NCBI GenBank assembly: GCA_032718475.1
Contig: JAUCBJ010005353.1
Location: 1 to 34,125, forward strand
Length of the DNA stretch: 34,125 bases
Direction: 5' to 3'
Source of the DNA: Nemertoderma westbladi
Taxonomy: Eukaryota > Animalia > Xenacoelomorpha
Shown here: piece by piece, positions 22,981 to 34,125 of the stretch
Position numbering within the stretch: the stretch's first letter is position 1
Layout of the letters: every line of letters starts with the position of its first letter
The notes under the pieces: generated by a model
Database searches by the model: none
What the model was told of the DNA's origin: nothing
The model's input: only the letters and a program-made list of their open reading frames with translations
Made by a program: the position numbers and the translations under genes

Positions 22981-24690
22981 GCATAAGGGTTCTACTACTA
23001 CTGTACTGCTACAAGGTCGAGCGAACTCGGACAGTTGAAATTAGATCCTTCCCGGCTTCCCGATTCTCCATAGTTGTCGCAATTTCGTTTCTCCCAAGTC
23101 CAGTATCCATGTCAATTTGGTCTACGTTATGTCATAACCGGCCACGTATAATCGTCGACGGCCACGCTTTCCTTGCGCTGGTTGCCAGAAAAATTTATCT
23201 TGAGTAAAAAAAATAATTATACTGTAGGTACAGTACAAAGCAAATACGCGATTCTTACATCTATATCTGCTGTATTAGACCTCGTCAATAATTTGGTGAG
23301 AATAATTATTATCGATAGCTATAAATAATCCAATTACCCCGGAATAATCCCTCACCATCCGTTTTCTCAAGCCATTTCCTTCGAAAATTAAATACATAAT
23401 TTTCTACACTAAATCTTAGCCCCCCCCCCCCCCATCACACGGAGGAACTTGTTTCTGCAACTTGTTTCTGTGTGTTAAAACGTAGCCCCTCCCCCCCTCA
23501 CACGGAGGAACTTGTTTCTGCAACTTGTTTTTGTGTGTTAAAACTTAGCCCCCCCCCCTCACACGGAGGAACTTGTTTCTGCAACTTGTTTCTGTGTGTA
23601 AGGAGTCCAGCAACAAGTTGCTGCAATTTGTTTCAGAAACATTTTTAAGAAATTCTATTCCCAGCAGTTTTTCTTTAATTTTATCACATTCCATTTTTAT
23701 ACTAGCTAATATTAGATAATCTTAGTGATTTGATATTATCAAGGCGTTCTAGAATGCCTTGGATATTATATATAACTGTCTGGACAATGTTAGCTATTTA
23801 TTTTGAAATAATTGCTATTTTCTTGAGCAACAAATTTATGTGTATGAGGGGGTCCAGCAACAAGTTGCAGCATCAAGTTTCTGTGTGTGAGGGGGTCCAG
23901 CAAAAAGTTGCAGCATCAAGTTTCTGTGTGTGAGGGGGTCCAGCAACAAGTTTATGTGTGTGAGGGGGTCCAGCAACAAGTTTCTGTGTGTGAGGGGGTC
24001 TAGCAACAAGTTGCAGCATCAAGTTTCTGTGTGTGAGGGGGTCCAGCAACAAGTTTATGTGTGTGAGGGGGTCCAGCAACAAGTTGCAGCATCAAGTTTA
24101 TGTGTGTGAGGGGGTCCAGCAACAAGTTGCAGCAACAAGTTTCTGTGTGTGAGGGGGTCCAGCAACAAGTTTCTGTGTGTGAGGAGGTCCAGCAACAAGT
24201 TTCTGTGTGTGAGGGGGTCCAGCAACAAGTTGCAGCATCAAGTTTATGTGTGTGAGGGGGTCCAGCAACAAGTTGCGGCATCAAGTTTCTGTGTGTGAGT
24301 GGGTCCAGCAACAAGTTGCAGCCACAAGTTTCTGTGTGTGAGGGGGTCCAGCATCAAGTTTCTGTGTGTGAGGGGGTCCATCAACAAGTTGCTCCGTGTG
24401 AGGGGGGCCTTAGAGAATAATTATTATTTGTAGATTAGGACATTTGAAAAAAGCTGAATTATACCGGTATGTAAACTCACTGGGCTCGTTACACGACAGT
24501 AAACCATAACGCAGGAGGTTTCCTACGACATGGGATGTAGATCGAGTTGTAGTCCTACTAAATTTAAAATCAATCTACTGCTTGGTTCTATAATTACCAC
24601 TTCTTTTACGTTTCTGACAATTCGCTCGACAGACATAACTGGTTAATGGAACCCATATGCTAAGGCTGCGCTCACTTCGTGGCTCGCCAC
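22981..24690. mobile_element. Element with bipartite inverted ends, same family as the 14490 and 9354 motifs; hosts the Harbinger-like insertion
   Basis: GCATAAGGGTTC...GTCGAGCGAA (22981-23025) is inverted relative to TTCGCTCGAC...GAACCCATATGC (24621-24660); a (CTA)n tract lies between the two left-end motifs. Confidence 0.45.
23416..24412. mobile_element. PIF/Harbinger-like MITE with a triplicated left end and an internal modular tandem array
   Basis: Left end TTAGCCCCC..TCACACGGAGGAACTTGTT (3 copies, ~63-bp period) is inverted relative to the right end AACAAGTTGCTCCGTGTGAGGGGGGCCTTA. 23830-24390 consists of 30-bp units AAGTTTCTGTGTGTGAGGGGGTCCAGCAAC with an optional 13-bp module AAGTTGCAGCATC. 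Confidence 0.7.
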
Positions 24691-25110
24691 ACAATGTACT
24701 GGCCTAAAAAGTTGACGCCAAGCAGCTAGGCGTTTTCGAATTAGCGGCAGCGGCCGATGCCAAGCTGCCATTTTGAAGGTAAATCTAAAACGGGCTTTAC
24801 TAGTTAATTATAATAATTTCGGCTGGTACAATTACGGGTATTATAAACAAAATGCAACAAAGGATCTATCTTCGACCACGAGAAAGCGTCTCCCGCGTAC
24901 AATCTTCGCCCGACAATTAATACTTTACAACTTAACTAAGTGACTAATTTATTGAAAAAGTGATATCTAGCCCAAATTGGAAAAAAATTAAATAAAACTT
25001 GTTTATTGTTTTGATTAGAAAACAGACACTTAAACATGATAACTTAAACTTTCTCTTAGCGTTTTAAATTAAATTACAGTACTTTGTTTAAACCCACTAA
25101 ACACATATAT

Positions 25111-25264
25111 CGTGTTTACTAATGTAATTGTAGAGTGTGAACTGTGCCTGGTATGCATACTGCATAATTTACCTTAAATATATATCGCGTGTTTACTAAT
25201 GTAATTGTAGAGTGTGAACTGTGCCTGGTATGCATACTGCATAATTTACCTTAAATATATATCG
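25111..25264. repeat. 77-bp tandem duplication
   Basis: CGTGTTTACTAATGTAATTGTAGAG...ATATATATCG occurs at 25111 and 25188. Confidence 0.92.
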
Positions 25265-25602
25265 CGAAGTCTTTATTGCGATTTGCATTCGTTCCCGATT
25301 AATTGTAGGCAGTAAACGTCACCAGTGAGACAGTTTCGCCCAATTCAATTCAGTTTTAATTCACAACTTTCAGTTATTTTGTAGCTGATTACGACAAATA
25401 ATGAAACTGTAACCTGTACTATTTATTTAACTCCGTTTATTGTTTTGATGAGAATGACATGCCACTGTAACCTGGTCCTTTCCCTAATTCGTAATGTATG
25501 GGCGAAGATTGCTTGTGAACGATCACGGCGAAAAATTAATCCCGGTCGTACCGTATTCCGGTTACTTTCTTTACTATATTAAATTGTATCAATCAGTCTG
25601 TC

Positions 25603-26977
25603 TACTACTACGATCGGCATGCTGCATCGCAGTTGCATTATAAATATTACATATATATGTGCCGGCTTGTCGACAAAATTGCGCCGCCTCAACTCCTTAT
25701 CACCCATGACATTTGCTAGATCACCCGCATCTTAAAGGCCAGTGTCCTTTAAGATGCGTCTCAAGAAAGTCATGGACTGTCCACCATGCTTATTCACTCC
25801 ACGAGGCTGCCAAAGTACAAGATTATGCACTGGCTGGCATGGCAAAGGCATCACGGCGAAAGCAATATCCTGCAAAGCGGAGACGGATTTGTTCTAGTGT
25901 CAAGCTTGGGGTAACCAATAAGACACCTCCAAAGTTATATAGTGTCTGGTAGGAGATGTGTGCATTGTACTTGACACAGTGAACCCGGTGTAGCATTCTT
26001 GTGAATGTGTCATCCAGAGATTTGGTGTCCTCAGCAGTTAGAGTCCAGCATGGACTCCCATAGAGGAGTACTGGAACTACTGCTGCTCTAAATAATCGAA
26101 CCTTAAGTTTGCGATTAATTCTCGATGACTTCCAAATCCTGGAAAGCCCATTCAAGGATGCCCATGCCTTCCCCTTACGTATTCGAAGGTCCTCATCTGA
26201 CTACCGGATCCATGATCCCAGGTAACAGAGTCGTCCACATGCTCACGCATACCATCCTTTGAGCTTATGCTCATCCAGTCAGAGACTAGCTGAGGACTTT
26301 CAAAGTTAATTGTCAACATAAAATCTAATAAAAAGATCAACACTAGAAGCAACCCGTTCTAATGAGCTGAGGAGCCGTTGGGCTCTCTCTAATTCTGAGA
26401 GTTCTCTTAAGTCATCAGCAAAGTCTAGATCAGTTAGGTACTTGGCAGGATTTCCTCGACTTCTAGAGCCAGTAGGTGGAGTTACCATCACCCCATCATC
26501 ATTATGATGATGTAAGGACATGCGTAGAACATAGTCAACCAGAATTATGAATAAGAATGGTGCAAGTGTGTCTCCATGGAGGACTCCCAATAACACTTCG
26601 AATGGTTCTGTGACACCGTCAACAGTAGACATAAATGTCGTCGAACCATCGTATACTGATATGATTGCTGAAATAATTTCATCAGGAATCCCATATAAAG
26701 AAAGTATGCTGAACGTACGTGAGCGAGAGACTGAATCAAATGACTTGAAGAAGTCAACAAAGATAACAGCCAGATGCCTGTCTTTCTTTTTTGATAACTC
26801 TTAAATTATCCTTCTAAGTGCCAAAATGGGCTCTTCGGTCCCACGACCTTTACGGAACCCATTCTGAATTCCACAGAGCAGTCTCTCAATGGGATCCCTG
26901 AAGCGATTTAATATAATTCTATTGTATAGCTTTGCAGAAATCGAGATCAATGACATTCCCCGAAAAGAACCATAGAG
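25603..26977 (-). mobile_element. 5'-truncated, frameshifted RTE-like non-LTR retrotransposon (reverse transcriptase)
   Basis: Minus-strand fragments read FRGMSLISISAKLYNRII, GVLHGDTLAPFLFIILVD, LDFADD and KVRLFRAAVVPVLLYG; (TAG)n tail; 10-bp TSD TCAGTCTGTC at 25593-25602 and 26978-26987. Confidence 0.92.
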
Positions 26978-27853
26978 TCAGTCTGTCAGTACTGGTTCTG
27001 TCACAATGGCAAACACCCCTATGACTAGCATTAGCCCCGATATTAGTGGTGCTGGAACAGATGATTATGACGAAGTGCCGAGCTACGTCGTAACGCCGCA
27101 GAAGGCAACGGACAAGATTGATGAGATTAATGAAATCTGGTGTACTGTAAGCAACAAACAACATTTACATATGATGAAAGAAGAAGGATTACTACAGCTG
27201 CTTCGAGAAAGAATGTAGGCGTACTGCAATGTTTTATATTCTTTACCCTAGTGACACGGATGGTGTTATGTTATATCGAAGTGGTGGGCACACACACAAC
27301 CAACAAACGCATATAACCGGCATCCCAAATAGTATATACGAAAGTATATATAGGAAATCGTTAACAAATTATTACACTGTCAATAGTTGTGAATGAACTA
27401 ATAATAAATATAAAATGAATGAAACTAAACAAATAAATATTTTTTATAACACACTACAAAGTGGGGAAATTGATTATTTTTAGTGAAAAGTAATTAAATT
27501 TAGTGGGAAATTATTAAAATTGAAACCTCGATCTGGTAATAGGGTTAACGATGAATCGAATCCACACTGAGACGCTCGCTAAGAGGTCAGGGTAATCCGC
27601 AGGGTGACTTGTAAACTGCAAATTCACTGCAAATGATCTCTCGCGAGACATGTATGGATCGGAATTAATACTTATTTAATTAATGAGAATTAATTGGTGG
27701 GTTAGACATCTGCACCTCCATCTGCATGGTGGCCTGTTAGCCTGACTAGTCCCCAGCTGTGTATAAATCTAGTCTAATCAAAGACTGTGTACACAGTGTT
27801 ACCACAGTCCTACCCACTCACAACCCCCCCCCCCCCCCCCCATCCCTTCGCCA

Positions 27854-30800
27854 ATGCAGTACTCCACGCACTCACCCTGTCCCCTTTCATGTAACTTCTG
27901 CTACTCGAGATTCGAACCCACTGATTACATTTTTATTTGTATATCCTGTAATAATCAGTTCCATTTGCCCTGTGGCTCATTCCTACTCCCCCACGAGATA
28001 AGCAATGCTGGGCGTATACGATACGACGATTACTGTGTTTATTGTTATTCCGAAATATTTCCCTTCTTTTCTGTATATCCTAACGACCCTGATATTTTCC
28101 CCACTGTAGACGCTCTACCTGAATCACAAATACTGAAACAAACCTTTTCAAGCCTAGACGCAGATGACAATATAACAAATCTTAATATTAATGGAGGAAC
28201 CTACACTGAAAACAGTTTTAAAACCGAAATAAAAAATTTAAATGACATGTCAACATTTTCTATTTTTAATTTAAACTGCCGCAGCCTCTCAAAAAATATT
28301 TCACCCATAACTGATTTTCTACTATTAATTGAAAAAAAATTTGATGTGCTTACTTTTTCCGAAACTTTTCTGACGGACCAATCAAACCTAGACCTATTAA
28401 AAATTCAGGCTACAAATCACCTTTTACAGATAATCGAAAAATAGGTAAGCTAAATAGAGGTGGGACGGCTATTTATGTGCAGGAACATTTAGAAATATCA
28501 GAACGAAATGATTTAAAAATGAAGGACCTTGAAAACTCATGGATCGAAATTAAACGCCCTAAATCTAAGCCCCTACTAATAGGAACTCTATACAGACCCG
28601 AAACTATGAAACGTGACGACTTATTCTCTCTTCTTGACTGTACTCTTTCTAAACTTGCTGACACTCATAACGACATTATTATAACTGGTGATACCAATAT
28701 AGATTTGCTATCTTCTAGGGACAATCCTACTGAATATATAAACATCCTCAACAGCTACGGCTCCATCCAACTCATCCAAGACCCTACAAGAATAACTCCA
28801 TGGACTTAAACATGCATCGACGGACTTAAACATGCATCGACCATATTATAACAAATATTACTACAGCTGCTACAAATTCTGGAACCTTTAATACAAATAT
28901 AGGAACCTCAGACCACCAGCCAACATTTACAATGTTTATGAACTATGAATGTTACTTTAATAATACAAAAAATTACACTAAGTTCGATTATTCAAATTTC
29001 AATTAACCAAAATTTCATAAAGACCTTGACCTACCAACCACTTGGACCTACCCTTCTCATAGCGTCTCAAATAAAGATGGATGACCGATGCCCTCTTATC
29101 TAGTACCCTACCAAAAAATAATCATGATCTATTACATGAAACATTCCACTGAAGCTAACCTTAAAACATTTAAATCGTATAGAAACAAATTAACTAGTGA
29201 GCCTCTGAACGACAGTACTACACCAAACAATTTCAACAAAACTCTAAAAACACAAGAAAAACGTGGTTAATAATAAATTCAGCACTTAATAAATCAAAAA
29301 AATTTTCAATTCCCAAACAAATAACCACATCTAAAATAACCACCTCAGTGTCAATAAATGACACTGTACAAACCACTCGGTACCCAAAAAAAATTGCGAA
29401 CATATTAAACGAGCACTTTTCCACTGTAGGTACTAAATTAAATAACAAAATATCTATGTCTAATCGCTCCCCGCTACGACACATTCCTAACTCTAATCGC
29501 AGACCGAACTCATTCTCTCCAATTGAAACTACACCTGTAGAAGTAGAGTATTTACTATTACATATAAATCCTAAATCTGCAACTAATGATACTTTTCCGA
29601 CGAAACTACTTCTACTAGCAGCTAAACCTATATCTATTCGATTAAGCAAACTAATAAACTTATCTATAAACCAAGGATTCTTCCCCAAGTCACTGCAAAT
29701 AGCCAAAATTATCCCCACTTTTAGATATGAAGATCCGACGGACCCAAATAATTATCGACCCATTTCACTCTTACCTGTATTAAGCAAAATATTTGAGCAA
29801 ATTATAAATTCTCAGCTACAATCCTACCTCTCAAAATATAATATCCTTTCAAATTCGCAATATGGTTTTCGCCCCAAAACATCAACATCACATGCCCTTA
29901 TTTCAGTGGTTGAAAAAATTCACCAAGCATTAGAAAACAAAAATTCGACCTGCGCTATTTATATTGACTTGAGGAAAGCATTCGATACTGTCAACCATAA
30001 AATTTTACTTGACAAACTCAACTAATGCCACTACCCTCTTATCCACACTATTACGACTCTCGAAACAATATAACCACTCTAACCAATAAAATAAATTCTG
30101 AATTAAATAACGTTGCTGACTGGCTGATAGACAATCGTCTCTCTTTGAATCTAAAAAAACTGTACCAACTATTTTCGCAAATGTATGATAAAATCCTCAG
30201 GATACACCTAGATTAATAATAAACCACCAAAACATCAAACTAACAAACTGCACAAAATTTTTAGGAATCTATGTACAGTAGATAACAAGTTAACATGGAA
30301 ATCACACATCAAACACATACTCTCTAAAATATCTAAGTCTTCAGGTATATTTTATAAACTACGACACATATATCCTTAGGCAACTATATTTCACGCTAAT
30401 ATATCCCTACCTTAACTACGGCATTATACTATGAGGTAGTGCGCATTCTACTACACTAAATCCCCTAATAATTAAAATAAATAAAATAGTTAGGTGTATT
30501 ACCTTTAGTCACTATAGATCTTCAGCTCTCCCTATCTATACTCCCTCTAGATTCACTATATAAGATCCAAGTCTTAATTAACAACTTAATACAAAACGAT
30601 ACACTGCAAAATTTATTTAGTCAGCTCGCTCAGCGACTCGTGGAGACATTTACATTGATACAGTAAGACTAGACTCCTCACAACGATCCGTGAGTTTTCA
30701 AGGTCCTATATGGTTTGGAATGAACTACCCCTGGAAATTCGAAAATGCAAATCAAAAGGTCTATTTACAAAAAAACTAAAACTACTTCTTTTAGCTCTAT
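27854..30800 (+). mobile_element. Decayed CR1/L2-group LINE ORF2 (PHD-like finger, AP endonuclease, reverse transcriptase)
   Basis: CNFC...CISCNNQFHLPC...YCVYC finger; APE motifs NLNCRSL, FSETFL, IGTLYRP, GDTNIDLL, DPTRIT, SDHQP; RT motifs NYRPISLLPVLSKIFE, QYGFR, IDLRKAFDTVNH. Many stops and frameshifts, and the QG..YADD core is deleted near 30025. Ends are approximate. Confidence 0.92.
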
Positions 30801-30984
30801 AATAAATTCAACAAATACTCGTACTACAAATTTACTAATTAAACACAGTATCTTCCAAAGTTTGAGCCCAGCAGCGTATCGTGTCGTGTATTGTATCGTG
30901 GCAAACTGGAATGGAACTGATAATGAACTAAAAAAATTACTTCACAATTAATTTAAATCGAATCCTGAGTACTCCACAACCCAT

Positions 30985-31212
30985 CGCCATGCCTGCAATC
31001 TATTGGTCGTAGGTTCGAACCCCACCAGGGTCCACTCAGCATTTCTTAATCCCACTGAGCACCGGGGTCGATAATATGAGTACAAGTTAAATTACTGGGA
31101 GCAAAACTTTGGATAGGACTAGGAGAAGCGCCAACCCCAACCTTCGGGTAGCAGCTATCGAAAGAGGAGCCTTCGGGTCGCCTCCGGCTTCGGCCGACTG
31201 TTTGGTTTTTTT
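30985..31212 (+). mobile_element. 5'-truncated tRNA-derived SINE with a structured 3' tail
   Basis: B box GGTTCGAACCC (31012-31022), then GGTCCACTCAGC...GGGGTCGATAATATGAGTAC resembling a conserved metazoan SINE central domain, several tetraloop hairpins and a T-rich end. Confidence 0.65.
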
Positions 31213-31930
31213 GTATATTATACATACACTAGTCTAGAGTTACTACTAAAATAAGCGCTGAAATTTATGCCGATACTTCATAAATATACGTTCTTCTTGG
31301 TTACTTTTAAGCTGATAGCAGCAAAAGGATAATACAATCTGGTGAACAGAACACAGTCGCCTTGAAAGTTTTTTGTGCTTTCAAGTCCAACTGTACCGTA
31401 TCGATATAATAAAATAAATTCAGCAATAATGAATCATGCGGATTTCCATTACAACAAACTATATGGTAGTGTTAAAAAGGCAAAGGTAATAATAGTAAAT
31501 TTATCGAATGACTCAGTAAAAACTACCTAGAGAGTTTGAAAATGTCAACAAACGTTGTAATATATTTAAGCTAAATGTCAAGTAAGTATGGTATATATAT
31601 TTATATGCCGTTAGTTGTATTGAACATAGAGTGTTCTGATTACCATAACTTTGTATATAATATTATACACAATTACTTACTGTATCTCGAATATAAAAAG
31701 GGCACATCCAGAATTCCAAATCAAAACCAAAATGGTTTTACTTCCAACAGAAATACATACCACAAACGGACCAACGACCATGATCATTTAACATAAACCT
31801 AATGAAATCCCTAAACCAGCACTAATGCAGCACAGATCAAACATTCGTCAATGGCGACACACTCAAAACCCACGTACTGAAACCAAGTTTGATTTTAATA
31901 TACCAGAAAAAATATATAACCAATAACGGT

Positions 31931-32263
31931 TTAAATTTCGATCTGAAATTGTTCATCTGGAAGTCCGCCAATGTTATTAGTGGCGTCATTGGCGACGTTG
32001 TTTTCGTTGACAACCGCGTCCCCTGAGCTCTTTAAAGGGCTCGTCACTCCCGGGATATCAGGAAGATTGGAGGGGGGAGTTTTCGTCATCGGCGAATCGC
32101 GGCACTGTAGAAGAAACTCTCTATCGTAAATAATCCTGGAGCCTCCAGGGGTTGTAGAAAACAATGTTCCGCCCGGTGTGGTACCCAGATCGCGAGGCAA
32201 CTGAGATTCGTCGTCTATGCGCACTCTGCGGACCGAGGGAATCTTAACGTGTTGCGCAGACAT
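31931..32263 (-). CDS. EIF4EBP: eIF4E-binding protein (4E-BP), single coding exon, 110 aa
   Basis: [25 protein letters not shown] contains the YxxxxL-phi motif and TP sites; also [15 protein letters not shown] and a C-terminal TOS-like FQIEI. The first true ATG is at 32263. Confidence 0.95.
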   Translation of the reverse strand: MSAQHVKIPSVRRVRIDDESQLPRDLGTTPGGTLFSTTPGGSRIIYDREFLLQCRDSPMTKTPPSNLPDIPGVTSPLKSSGDAVVNENNVANDATNNIGGLPDEQFQIEI

Positions 32264-34125
32264 TGTACGGTATAATGACAAGAATGCAGTAAATTGCCGA
32301 TCACGCTGGGCTAAGTCCACAGTAATTAATACAACCCGATAACCAGCGGCAACGGTGTATGAGAATGCTAGAACAGAGCTATACCAGCATATACAAATAT
32401 AATAACACTATACAGCTATCAGTATATGCTATTCTGGTACCGGTAAGTAAATCACTAAACAGCGAAGAACTGAAGAAGACACGGCGAAATAGGCCTAGAA
32501 CAGTAGAACCTATATATCATATTCCTATATGATAAACTCTCATAAAAATCTATGGCACTTGGCACTACAACTACAATAGCAGGCTGGCAGGTAGGCCTAA
32601 TTTCAGTATTTCTATTTCAGTACCGGTACCGGTATTTCGGTTAGGTATACAGTATAGGCCTAATTACTTCATAGGCCTACTTTGGGGACCGTCTGACCGT
32701 TGTACTGTTGTTGTTGTATGAAACATCCCTCAGCCAGTCAGCCTTCTGGCCTTTACTGTTTTATATACCGGTATATGGTATATTGGTATACCACAGTACC
32801 AGGTATACGGACCGCTTATTTTATGAAACACTTTTCACAATTTTTTTCATATACATTGTTTTAAGCCCAAGTACCGTACAGCCGTACCGGTAGCGTCAGA
32901 GCGTAGCTTAGTACTGTAGTAGATATGAGATAGTCTGATAGAAACCTACTGTAGTAACACACGTCATAACACTCATAAACCTGTAAACCAATTGAGGGAA
33001 ATTAGCAGGTTACAGAGGCAGACAGGCAGAGCGCAGACTTTTCTAACCAAAACAATAAACGGCTGAACGGCCATTTTACCAATCATCCAATTGAGGGTGG
33101 AGGGAAAGGAGCAGGTTACAGAGTCGGGCTTTTCTAACCAAAACAATAAACGATCACTCTACCTAATTGAGGGAAACCATATCTGCCTGTCTGCATATGG
33201 CAGTATGGTCAGACAGTCAGTAGTCACTAGCCTACATAAGACTGTAAGAACAAACAAAATCAGGCCATCAAGCAATAGCAGAATAGGCTGATAGGTACCG
33301 ACTACCGGTACGCAGCTGTAGAATGCAGGAATGACAATTAAAAACGGTTGAAACAACGGCCAGACGGTCCCAAATCCAAAACCCAACCGCCAACCCCAAA
33401 CAGCCAAAGTCAGAAAGTAACAATCCCCGGTATTTCGGTTAGCGTTACCCGGGTGGCCGGTAACGGTAGGCCTACAGTAGTTTTAGTTGGTCAAGATAGT
33501 CCTGCTGTCAGGCCTGGCGCCTGGGTGGCAGGCTGTCAGGCTGTTGACAGATGACCGGTCAGCTCAGCAGGTTGACGATTAATACTGCTGTACTGCAGTA
33601 CACTGGCTGACTGGTACAGTAATAGGCCAACAACTGCACAAAACAGAATAAAGAGACATGTCACATGACATGGTAATAATACAGCATTTTATTGTATCTA
33701 ACATTAACATTCATCAAGGGCTAACATTACACAGCTCCCAGGGTCTCCAGTTCCGAAGTTATTGTGTATGAGTGAGGAAGTAGCTGCTTATGGCTGGGAG
33801 GCTGCGGCTGGTATTAACCGATTGTGCAATAATTGTGTATGTATACGTATACCGACCAGCAACCAATCAACCTACGGTATAGCAATACCCAATCAACTAT
33901 TACATTATATCTGTGGGTTGCCGTTCTACACAGTATGTAAATTTTCCAGATCTTAGTTGAATACAAACAAAAGAACAATCTTATTTTCCAGGAACATCGG
34001 TTTGTTACAAAATAATGACTAATAATTCCAGCAACGAATCTTAATTAAGTATTCAAGCAGGGCCCCGCTGGCCAAAAACGCCTATTTATCTTTGTTTCCT
34101 TCACAACAAAATTAATATCCACTAT

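Noticed and set aside
23873-24314. Repetitive minus-strand ORFs
   Set aside because: They are translations of the 30/13-bp modular array.
32264-32320. N-terminal extension of 4E-BP in the ORF track
   Set aside because: It starts at a non-ATG codon; homology begins at the ATG at 32263.
33000-33180. Short degenerate duplication (GCAGGTTACAGAG...CTTTTCTAACCAAAACAATAAACG twice)
   Set aside because: An ordinary local duplication with no further structure or coding signal.

Overview
Eukaryotic (animal, most likely invertebrate) genomic DNA with AT-rich intergenic sequence and GT-AG introns. No prokaryotic features, CRISPR, rRNA or intact tRNA were seen. Host genes: one ankyrin-repeat (gankyrin-like) exon on the minus strand at the left edge; an intronless ALKBH8 tRNA-modifying enzyme; a two-exon FCHO1/2-type F-BAR/mu-homology protein; a two-exon 78-aa secreted, probably GPI-anchored peptide; and an intronless 4E-BP. 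The rest is dense with transposon debris: a long-TIR DNA element carrying a YqaJ/lambda-exonuclease exon, an ~810-bp foldback palindrome, nested MITE and Helentron-like elements, a Harbinger-like MITE expanding into a satellite, RTE-like and CR1/L2-like LINE remnants, tRNA-derived SINEs and a 26-bp minisatellite. The most unusual signals are (1) five RFX X-box-like palindromes spaced ~30 bp apart inside the ALKBH8 coding linker, (2) a foldback whose arms each carry an inward-facing Pol III A/B-box promoter and could make hairpin RNA, and (3) strong clustering of TA-flanked micro-palindromes upstream of genes. All calls were made by eye; no database search was run.
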